From positions 54,002,001 to 54,066,000 of the forward strand of contig OZ241827.1 of the NCBI GenBank assembly GCA_965202585.1: DNA of 64,000 bases, given 5' to 3'. The stretch comes from Thalia democratica. Lineage: Eukaryota. Of this stretch, positions 51,201 through 63,200 are shown piece by piece. A model generated the notes under the pieces. It saw nothing but the letters and a program-made list of their open reading frames with translations, was not told the origin of the DNA and searched no databases. The translations under genes and the position numbers were made by a program. Numbering within the stretch: the stretch's first letter is position 1; each line of letters begins with the position of its first letter.

Positions 51201-54200
51201 TGCCAACTAAAAGCTTGCAAGACAGCATTTAAAAAAAATTAAATGTAAGCAATTTTTCGATCTACAAATGAATTATTAGTTTTTTAATAGTTTTCAGCTT
51301 TAACTGCATACGGATTATCAAACTATAAAACTGTAAAACGACAAATTTACTTAATTTTTTAATAATAAAAATTTCTATTTTATTCCATGTACACTAATTT
51401 TTATCAACTAGTTATTTCTTGTCGTTATATACTAACAACTAGATAAAATTTAAAGTGTCTTATTAAAACGAAGCAAAATTTTTATTTTATACTAAAAGTT
51501 ATAATAAACAGTTCTTTAAAGAACCAAAATTAAATCATTTAATTTTAGAACAATTTTTTCAATAGAAAACAATTCAGGGCATAGAGGAGGTCCAACATTT
51601 TTATTACTAAAAATAACATTGGCTCTTATATGAAAGCTTTAAGTACAAACTACCAGCCAGTTTTTATAGAATTAAAATATTATTAAACTTTTTAGATATT
51701 GTTATTTTTAAAAAGTTTTCAATACAAACGTATGAACATATGTAAAGGCAAATTTTTTGAGGTCATTTTTCTTTGAAATTAAAAAAATCACTAAAAATCT
51801 ATCTTCTCCTTCATTTTTCGAGCTAAAGACCTCAAACTTTCAGGAAATGTTCCTTTTTTATTTAAAAGATTTGAATGTTTCGATTTTAAAAATATTCAAA
51901 AGTAAAAACTTTTGACATAAAAAAAAAAAAAAGGTGGTTTTTTAATAATTTTTTTTTTCAAAATTTAAAGAAAATTCGGCATTCAATCGTTTTTAAACTT
52001 TATAATGGAATATCTGTGAATATTTGAAGAAGATTGGTTAAAAAATGAAGGAGAAGATAGAGATTTAATGAAATAGTCTTTTTTTTTGCGTTTTTGGTTT
52101 GCGACTTCCATTAGTAACCTATTGAGGTCACTGACTTAGATTGCTTATATCTCAAAATTTTATTTTAATTTTTTTAAGTGGTAAAAAATGTCTGATAGCT
52201 CAGATTAAACTCTATAAAATAAGATCAACTTGTAAAAATCAAGGTGGACTACCCTCTATGCCCTTAAACAACTACTATTTTTACTTAAATAAATTCCTCA
52301 TTATAAATCACCGAGCTATTTTTTTAACAAATTCTTTAGATAAAAAAGTTCAAATATAATAAGAACTGCTTATACTAAAGCTGGTTTTGTGGATATAATA
52401 ATATGTACAATTTTTAAATTTGTCACTTGTCTCTATTATGTTATTTTAGATCGTGGTTTGTGTTAACATATTAGTATGTGTTCCAAAAGTATTGCTTACT
52501 TACTTGTTTTTTGACTGTATCTATTTGGTAGTAAAATAAAATAGTAAACTGCACATAACAATGTTGCTTATCTATAGTGTTATTTAAAAACTTATTCATG
52601 CATGAAAATTTAACTAAAAACTATAATGTTACATATTCGAGAATTCAAGCTTTTTAGTATATAATTAGGTAAAGTTAGTTCTATTTTTAAAACAAATTGA
52701 ATTTAATTAATATAATGAGTCAAAAAAAATTAACTGAATTAAGAGCTTTTTAAAATTTTTTAAAAGATATTTATTCCTAGAAGTTTATCTAAATGGAATT
52801 GAACCTATCTAAAATTGGAATTTTAAGCCAAGTATCAACAAAACATTAAAAAAACTCAAAGTCACTGGTATTCTAAAATCTTATTTGTATTAAGTTAATG
52901 TAACAGTAAAAATTTAAACCGATTTAAGAACTATCTAACGAAAAAAAATTCTTAAAATTTATCTAAGTTGAATTAAGAGCTATCTAAAAATTTTAATTCA
53001 AACCAAATATTAACAAAACTCAATGAAAAAGTAAAAAAACCTATTTTGTACTAGTATTATAATCTGATTTAAGTTTTATATGCTTTCCAGTTTGTTAATA
53101 ACAATTTGTTTCTGTGTCTGCATGAGTATGTTAATTCCGCTCTTTTGTTGATGCAATTTGCATCAGGTTCAAGTATTAATAAAGCTTCTTTTAAGCATAA
53201 CCTGCATGTTATTGTTCCTGGTTTAGATTTTTCCCTTTTTAGTATTTTCCAAGTTAATTTGTAGTTCTTGTTTTCATTTTTTATTTGTGTGTTAGTTTTG
53301 AAAGTTCAGTTGCTTGTTTGTACTTGGGGTAGTTTTTGTCGTTTGGTTTGTTATTAATTGTGGTATTGCATGTTGCTATACGTTTTTTAGCTGATTGACA
53401 CTTAGTCCAATGCATATTTTTGATGAATTGTCTGTTTGTAATGTTGCCTGGTAAATTAAATTTTCTGCCCTACATTCTCCTACATCCTTTCTTTCTGCAG
53501 TTACATGATTCATATTTGTTAATTCTATTGTTGTTTATTAGTTTTTTGCTGTGGTTTTTTATCAATGTTTCAATGTTTGTCATGCAGCTGTAGCTTAATT
53601 TTATATTGTTTTTGTTTGAGTACCTTTCTAACTTACTATTTTCTCCAAAGTTTTTGTTTATTATTTTTAGAAACTTTTTACCTGTGTTTGTTTTTACAGA
53701 TTTGCAATATGGTGGATTAAACCATATAATTTTTCTATTTCTTTTTGTTTGTTTTGTTTTTGCATTCTTCTGTGTAATTAATTTCTTAATTGTATCCGTT
53801 TATCTTTAAAGCATCATTATATATTTTTTGTTGTTGAACAGGTTTTTGTTACTTGAGCTTTTAGAAAGTCTGGTCTCTATCATTTTTAGGATTTGTTTGA
53901 GTATGGTTGGTGGATGGTTTAATTTTAAATTTATATAATTTATTTTTTGTTGTCTTTTCTGTATGGGTAGAATGTATGGTTCAGTAGGTTAAAATTTAGA
54001 TCTAAATAGTCAATCTTCTTTATATTGTAAGCACAAAAATTTTTACAATAGTTTATTTTAAAATTTTGCTCTATAGTACGGTGCTTATAAATACAGCAAC
54101 CTTAGAATTTTTAGCTAAAATGTTTTTACATTTGGCAAATATCATAAGAACACACTCCGCAAAATTTTAGATTATTTGAAAAATTTTTCATGCTGGCACT

Positions 54201-57200
54201 TTTCAACTTTCTCTGAAAACCACTACGATGCAACCAAAAAAATACGACCTTATTTATTTAATATTTATTTTATGTAGCAGCTGAAATCTTTATTAATTTT
54301 TAAAATGTAAGTAAATCTGTTTTATATTTCCAAGTAAACTTATTTTTACTACTGTTTAGACTTTTTTCCTGCACAAAAGGTTGTTACTGAAGATTATAGT
54401 TTAGAAATTGATACAATTCCTACTGCTAGTGCTGAAGTTTCAAATGCATGTGACAAAAGCCCGCTTGAAAAACTACACATAGACTCTAGTTTTAAACAGT
54501 AAGTGGTTTATTTTTTATCTTATTTGTTTGTTGTAAATTGGCCTGAATACTTAAAAATACCTAGGTTAGATGACCTGTGTGTCTATGCTCTAAACAAATT
54601 GGAAATTGTTGAAAAACATCCAAAGTTGGTAGAAGAAATATCTCTAGCTAACTTGCTGTTACCAGGTGAATTTAACTTAAAATTTTTATACTGTAACAAT
54701 TACAGTTTATAGAAATAATTTGTTAACCTTTTAGTAATTAAAATTTTAATTGAAGTAAAATTTTAATTAACTTAAAAGAATTAATTGCAATAGTTTAAAG
54801 TATTCATTAAGTTTTACTAGCTATATATAATGTTAAAAGAAAAAAAATTTTGAATATAAAAGCAACATTTATTTAAAGAAATATGGTGTAAATTTAAATA
54901 AAATGTTATTAAACTATGTTTTTCAGTATAAACATGTAACTGCACAAGAATATTTAAATAATTTCCTACAATTGCACAGAACCGATCAACGCTGAAAAGT
55001 TGTGCAATGAATGTACGTGTGACAGAGTGTTGAGTTCAATGCAAGCTGGTTTGAAGAAAACCGACTTGATGGAAAGAGTCGCCTATCTCGTGTGGGAAGT
55101 CGCCTACCACTTTCCCAATTTTATTTCGCATCTCAGAAGGTCCACCAAGCTTCAAACGGTCGAGCCAAAACTTCCTGTTGACCAGTGTGACAAGTTCGAT
55201 GGCTTGGAATGCTTTTGTCCGGTGGAGTTAAACCTGGAAAGTTTATGTTTTACTCAATTTCCTTTTATGTAGAGTTAACATAATAATTTCAGCTATAGTA
55301 ATACAATAGTATTATAGAGATTAAATTGTAATAAAAAAAATATATTAAAACAGCATTGTTTTTTTTTGCAAAACTTTTTTTTTACAAAGCGATTAATGCG
55401 TTTATTGTTTCAAGCTCTTCTCCATGTGGAAGAAACAAAAACCCAACTTCAATCCTCAGTTATCTTAGACTCTCAAGTTGAAGAAGTTGTAACAATGAAA
55501 AGCAACATTGATGCACTTTTAAAGAACACTGAAGAACTAGCTACAGTAATTAGTCTTTTTAAAATTTAAATGTCAATCTAAGATTTTTCAATATTAAAAA
55601 ATAGTTTTGTAAACAAAATGTTTAAAGTTATAAACTTTTTAGTCGTCCAAAACAACTCCATCACCGAACATGTTAGTTGAGGAGAATCCAATGATAAATG
55701 AGACAGGTACAAATAATGTTTTAGCTTTAGCCAAAGGTTAAAAAATTAAGAACAAGTTAAAAATACTTTTGTTTTTTTTTGTAGCTCCGAGCCATTCTGT
55801 TAAAGTTAAACTTTTTCAAAAAATTATTTTTTTACGCTTATAAGTTTTAAACAAGTTTTTTTCCAAGTTATGTTTGCATTTAGTACATATATCTTCATGG
55901 TTGTTCTAGTTTTTGTTGAACCATGTTAAATTTATGTAAGTTTAAGTACAATATACTTTGTACTTTTACTTTTTCATATTTAACCATAAGAGCTTGTTAT
56001 GTTCAAAGTTCTGTTTGTATGTTAAAAACTTAACTTTCACAAAGCGCTGGAAGTCATCGAACCAAGCATGCCGGACAGCACCGTTGTTTCAATGGAAGTC
56101 GAACGTGCAGCTCCTAACCAAATTTCCACTGAGAGTTTGGTTGATCAGTTCATGCAGATGCGGGGAAAAAAAGAATTGTCCAAAGGCCATGAAAACAAAT
56201 CCGTACCTGGTTTGTTTTGTTGATTTTGTTCAATGTTATTTGTATGGAAAATAATTTCGATTAAATGTATTGTTAAAGTAAATTTAACATACACATGAAT
56301 GAATTCAAGTTAAATTTCGTATATTGAAATTTATACCTATTACAAAATCAGGCAGTTACTCAGTTTCACCGCTGAGCGGACAATCAAACATTATATTTGT
56401 ACAAGGTCGCAGTTTGATAATACATTCAGCGGTAAAACTGAGTAAGTGCCTGATTTTGTAATAAATATAGTTTCCAAAGTAATTTCGACTCTATGTTTAA
56501 CTTATGTAAGTAAAGTTTGAAGTGCTTGTTTTGATAAATAATGTTTTATTTCTGTTGTAAAGGGCTTAACAATTACTTGAACAGTTTTCAAAAAAGCAAA
56601 ACTTGTGAATGAAATCCAACAAAAGTTAGCAATCCAACCAAAATTTGTACAAACATCTAAAGTGGTAGCCTTGCCATCTACAACTAACAGGGAAAAACCA
56701 AAGAGATCTTCGGATTTACCGTTAAATAGTTTGTTGCTTAAAGTTTTTGTTAAATTTTTGTTAAGCACTTACTTTTTTAGCAACCATAAAAAATGGTCTT
56801 TTCCAACTAATTAAAACTTTGTACAGTTTCAAAAATTGAAGTCAGCAAAACTGCCCAGCCAGATAAGAAACTAGATGAAGTAACAGTTAAATCTAAAGTA
56901 TGCAAAGTTGAAGTCAAAGGTAAGTAGTGCATTGCAGAAAAACTTTTGTTTAACTGAAATTTAACTGTTTTGTCATTGCTAAACTCCAAGACATAGTTCA
57001 AGCTATTAGTCTTTTTAGATTGAGCTATGTTAATAGATTTTATAAGGCAAGCTTTTGAATTTTTCTCATTATTACTGAAAACGCAATTATTTTCTAAATT
57101 CTTCCACTTAATTTAAATTACTTATTCTTAGCAAAATAAAAACGTCACACAGGTAAAGCGTTGGAGTTTATGCTGAAAGTCGAAGATATGTTGAGGCCGA

Positions 57201-60200
57201 TACTAAAGGAGTTGCAGTCGCGAAAACTCATACCGAAAGACAAATGTTTGCAGGATTACACGCCGAAAATCGCTCGGTTTCTCTGCAAGCAGCATCACAT
57301 TAAAATTCCCGTTTGTTTGCTAGAAATTAGTTTTATTCGTAATTGTTGTTTTATGCAAACTTTTGAAATAGCTGTGATTGTAATGAACCAAATCACCATC
57401 AAACCGTTTTTGGTATTTAATGATTGTGTAAATGTAAACTGTACTGATAGTTTTATCTAACTGTGTTATTTTTTAATAGAAAAATGTTTTATTGTTATGC
57501 TTAGTGCTGTGTTGACTTGCACCTGGATATACCTAGAAAAACTAGGAATTTGACAGTTTAGGCCAAAAAAAAAACTGGAATTTTGAACTAAAATTATTAA
57601 AAAACCTGTAACATAAACAATTTGGACATATAGAATAATTTAATTTAGATTAACTACAAAAAATCAATCATGTAAAATATTTTTTTGTGTTATTTGGAAT
57701 TTTATTTATTATAAAGCACATACAAGACCTTGCAGTATCAATTCAATTTTTTCATACTGTTTAAGATAGTTTATAATTACCTTTAATTTAGTTGTATACC
57801 AAAAACGTAAAAAAAGTCTTGTACTTTCAAAACCCTAGAAGAAATTCGGAAAAACTGGAAAAAGATATCATAAAACTTTTGGCAACCCTGTGATTGTTTT
57901 AGTTTAAAGAAACATGAAAAGAAAAAAAAATGTTTAGAAACCGAATCAGGTTTTTAGAATTACGTGTTGTAATTACTTTACAGTAAAAAAAACTTTTTTA
58001 TATTAGTATTTATAGATTCTTAGTTAGGCATTGACATTTTTTATCTTAATAATTTTTTTGTTTAAGTTTCTTGAAAAAGTAAGTAAAAAAATATTTTAAA
58101 TTTCTTATCAAGAGTGCAGCCTGAGAACCGATTGTCTCATGTGTATAATTAATTTATTTAAAACTAATATGCGTGAGCAGATCAATAAAGAGTGCAGCAA
58201 AGTTGAATTTTCAAACGGGTGCTTGCTGGAAGTGTTCAAACAAGCAGTGTCAGTCTTCCAACTTTTCCACCAAGTGTCTTTTCTCTCTGCATTATGTTAG
58301 CGTTGTATATTAGCATAAATATTTAGTAATTATTTTTGTACTGTATGGTATGTTTACTTTAAGATTTAAGTGGATATTTTTTGTTTTATAGTTACTTTTT
58401 TGTATATGTGTCTGAGTTGTTGATTTCTAAAATTAAGTTAAAAAAATACTAAGCAAGCTATTTAAATAGCTTTTATTTTACTTTTTCTGGGGTTAAAATA
58501 TTTTGAAAACCTTTCAATTTTTTTTTAAATTAAGACTGAAAACAAAAATTAATAATTGAATTTGATAAATTTTCAGCTTTCTTGCAAGCAATACTGAAGC
58601 AGGCCCATCGAGTTGGAATCTTCAAGAACGACCCGACTGTAACTGAACATATCAAGCAGTTGGAACAGTTGACAATTTTCATCAAAGACTGTCTCAAGAA
58701 CAGCTCTAAATCAGAAGTTTTTTGACTTTTAATTTTATTAGTTTAATGTTATTTGAATTTATTATTTATTAATAATGATAAGTAATAAATTAAAAATAAG
58801 TTAAAATATTGTTTTCATTTTTTTTTAATTTGTTTTGGTTAATATCAACAAAAGCTCAACTGGTACATACTTTTGTTTACTGACTATTTTAAATTTTTAA
58901 TTCTTAAACTACAGTTAAAATAAAACTTATAATTTACAATAGAGGTGGACAACGTCAAAAAAAGTTCTGAAACGCAACGTGTTTTCTAGCTTGAAAAAAT
59001 CTTGTGCTAATTAAATAAAATTGAGCTTTTTAATAACATACAGTTCTTTTTGTGAATTTTAGAGTAGTAATTATTAAATAACTATTCCATTGAAATTTTC
59101 CTTTAATATATTTGTTTATTTATTATAGTGTTTTTTTAAATACGCGGCTCGCTAAAACTCTTGTTAACAAGTCCGGTCCGCGAAACATTTTTTTAATAAA
59201 TCCGTCCCGCCGACTTGAAAATTTGGCAACCCATAGTTTTCAACTTGGAAATTTACCTATAATCCTAAAATCAACATAAATACTATATTTTACACGACTC
59301 ATAACTATTTTCATGCGTATGTCGATAAAATATTGAAAGAAAAAAAAATCAGCAATCAACTTTAATATATAGTTTGTATAGCTGCGAGCTGTTTTATGCT
59401 AAATTTGTAACAACCTAAATTCAAGTCAGCAACTAAAAAGTTCCATTCAAATTTTCACAGGAACCTCTGGTACACCCGAAGCTGATATTTGTGAGGGACC
59501 TGCTTGTGGAAGAAGCGAGTGAAGCGAAGAAGCAGGGAGGCGAGATTCGCGCGCTCATTGTCTGCAACACAAACTGCAGCTACTTGCTCAACAAAATCTG
59601 CAAAACTTTCAACGGTCACGTGACGTCACCACGCATGGATGAGCACTGTCACGTGACGCTGTCATGCATGGCCGCACCTTCGAGCGTCAAGAGCGTTACA
59701 ATGCAGCACATGAAAGTCGCGCTTAAAAAGTTTTTATTTTTTTAATTGTGGTTTTTGGTATGTTTTATAAAACACACTGTAATAACAGTTTTTAAAAGCT
59801 ATAAATATATATTGAAATATTATAATTATATTATTATTGTTTTAAATTTCATATACGAAAAATTTAAAGTTGTGTAAGTTAGTTTTTTTCTTTGTGAAGC
59901 TTGTGAAAATTGATCTGTAAATCAAACTATGACAAAAATTGAAAAAAAAAATTATAATTTTTTTTAAACTTTAATACTAATTCTCTTTTAGATTTCTTAT
60001 GTGTACAAAAATGTGTTTGTTTGACTAATTTAAAGAACTTGTAAATTAATTTAAAACAAAACCAATTATTAATGAACTCAGATTATTGTAGTAATTAAAC
60101 AAAGTAGGCATTGATATTCCTATATGAAAAAAGTATGTTATAAGTAGTGATGTACCGGACCCACAATTTCGGGTCCGGCCGGACCCGGATCCGGACTTTT

Positions 60201-63200
60201 TTTTCAAATTAGAATCCGGCCGGAACCGGATCCGGACTTTTTTTTCAAATTAGAATCCGGCCGGAACCGGATCCGGACTTTTTTTTCAAATTAGAGTCCG
60301 GCCGGAACCGGATCCGGACTTTTTTTCCGAATTAGAATCCGGCCGGATCCGGATATCAGACCAAAATGGCAATATCCGGCCGGACCCGGACCCGGATAGT
60401 GAGTCCGGTACATCACTAGAATAAACTAGCCTGAGTAAGAATGAGGTTTTTAAAAACTGAAAAAAAAAAGAACTTTAAACAAATAATAACTAGAACAGCT
60501 AGCCACAAGGTTTACAAATTTAGGTGTTATTTAGAATTAAAAATCTGAAATCAAGTTCTTGAACAAAATACACTAGAAAATTACAAAATATTGAAAACTG
60601 GATCAGCTCAAACTCATTCAAAATCTAAAAGAAAACTAGTCTGAGTTTTTATAAAAAACTAAACTAGCCTGAGGCAGTCCAAGATTTTCTAAAATTCCTA
60701 AAAATTTTCAAACTAGCAGGGTTGCCAATGTTTAAGTCAATAAAACTAGCTAGAGTGAATATAAACAAGCCTGAGTCAGAATGTGGTTTTTAAAAACTGA
60801 AAAAATTACTTTAATCTAATAATCAGTAGAACAGCTAGCAAAGGTTGACAATTTGGTAGTAAAGTTGTGGACTGATTGTGGTACACTTAGCTTATTAGTA
60901 CTACCCATCATAATTAAATCCTACCTTATTTAATTAATATCTAACAAATACTAAATTCTAACTGAGACTACTTTCTATAATCAGACACGACAGTTTTGAG
61001 TGATGAATCTTTTATATAAAACACAACAACAAATACTAGCATATACAAAATTATTAATTACTTTGGTAACACATTTAAAACTGGAAGCTATTTAAATCTA
61101 CATCTAAAGACTTGAAACAAAAAACTAAAAATTAAATAAAACTTTTAGTAAACAAGAAACTTCAAAGTTTTTAATAAACTATTAAACTATAAACCTGGCT
61201 TAAATATTTAAACAATTAAACACCTGTTGATAAATTCACTTTTAAAACAAAACACTACTTACAATAAGCATTCACAAAAACGTTCAAGATATTTTGTTGC
61301 TTCACGCTACACACCAAACTAACTAACTGCTTACATATAAACTGCCTGTCATGTTCTGATGTTTTGTTGCATCAGTATTTAGTTTGAAACATTTCGTCAT
61401 ATGATTCTCATTGGCTCGTACATTCAACCGTATTAACACTAAATATTCTCTGAGCTCAACTTTAAACAATAAATAATGCAAGTATTCATTCCAAAGTTTT
61501 CAATTTTACAACATATGTAAAGAGTTGCATTTTATGAAATGTTTATTTCATAGTTTAAATGTAAACAAATGTAAATTAGTCACGTGTACAAAATGAGCCA
61601 ATCACGGTAAGTGTTTAATTTTTACTGACGAATGACTCTTAATAATGACTCTTATTAATTTACACAGGGTTTGTTTTAAAAAAAAAATACTTTAAGGTAT
61701 GCTCTTTTTTACTAACTAGATCCGGGTCCGGACTTTTTTTTCAAATTAGAATCCGGCCGGAACTGGACCCGGACTTTTTTTTCAAATTAGAATCCGGCCG
61801 GAACCGGATCCGGACTTTTTTTTCAAATTAGAATCCGGCCGGATCCGGATATCAGACAAAAATGGCAATATCCGGCCGGACCCGGATAGTGAGTCCGGTA
61901 CATCACTAGTTATAAGTGTATTAAATTAGTTACAATGTTATTATAAAATATTTCAAATTACGTATTTCAAAAAAAAATATTTATATTAAGTATAAAAATA
62001 CTTGAAGTTGTTAAGTATTCAGTTTTACCAATAAAGTTAAAAAAAGTTTTATAAGAAAGTTAAAAAAAATAGTTTTGTTATGTTAGTACAACTGTATTTA
62101 AACTTTAATATATAATCAAAACTTTATAAGATGTAACGTTATAAGGCGTTAAATCCTGGAGATCCTGATAAGCTAAGCTTATTGGAATGTATACCACAGA
62201 TGTTCTTGTGCTAAAAAGTTGAAATAAAGTTTTAGCACAAGAACATCTGTGGTAATCAAAACTTTATATATATGCATAGACGGCAATATTATGTGTAGAA
62301 TTGTAAGCACTACAAGAAAATCAGCAACTAAGATGTTACGAAGCATTTAGTTTATATACGTTTATATTTGTCCGCAGATGTAAGGCCCGTTGGTCTAGGG
62401 GTATGATTTCCGCTTAGGGTGCGGGAGGTCCCGGGTTCAAATCCCGGACGGGCCCTACTTTTTTTGATCGAAGTAACAGCAAAACCATAAAATGTTGTCA
62501 ACCTCATATACATTTAGTTACAAAAAATATTGGATTAATTTTTTTTTAAAAGAATGTTGAAAGTACATTCAGTTTTCAAATTTTTTATATTTAACTTTTT
62601 ATATCAAAAAATACAGTTGAACAGCATAACGATAAAATCAATCTTTACAGGTAACATAACAGTAATTCTTGAAAATGAATAAGATGTGAAAAATGAGAGT
62701 TTTTTGCATTTAGTTTAAGTAAATTAGAGCTTGTTGTAGGATAACATTATTATTTCTTTGTTTTAAAAATGTATTGTTAAGGCAACACTTTCAGGTGTCA
62801 GGTTTTAGTGATAGCAGAAAAAATGATTAGCGAAGAAATTGATTGGAATTTGTTCACACACGTAGTCGAATATGAATGCAATGAAAATTCAACTATTAAA
62901 AAACAAGCAGTTGAAAATAAATCCCATTACTTCACACTGAAAATTATATTGTAAGTTTGTTTGTAGGACATCTATTATTTAGTTGCATGCTATCGTTTCA
63001 GTAAAAGTTTTAAATGCTTTAGAAAACCAAACGTGTTAGCAGTAAAGAAAATCAGTTAATATAGTATGATAGTTATTTTAATTTCGGCTCGTGAGTATTT
63101 TTACTGTGCTTGTTTTTTATGCTTTTACTGTATAAAAAGCAATTAAACCAGCACACTGTATAAAAAGCTGTTCATTAAATTATCCAAATAAATACTATAA

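Noticed and set aside
50862-51230. Possible nested antisense spliced gene (AVLQAFSWQIENKNK|IDMSAKDG...)
   Set aside because: Splice-like boundaries exist, but every chain I tried hit a stop within a few exons and there is no recognisable homology
53606-53809. Hydrophobic 67-aa plus-strand ORF
   Set aside because: Antisense of the A-rich Penelope-like fragment
55785-55804. Possible SHOC1-like microexon after tttgtag
   Set aside because: No donor in the phase needed; flanking exons 55706 and 56045 join in frame without it
60176-60350. CRISPR-like appearance of regular GC-rich repeats
   Set aside because: Intervening sequence is identical rather than unique spacers; eukaryotic context; lies within hAT-type TIRs
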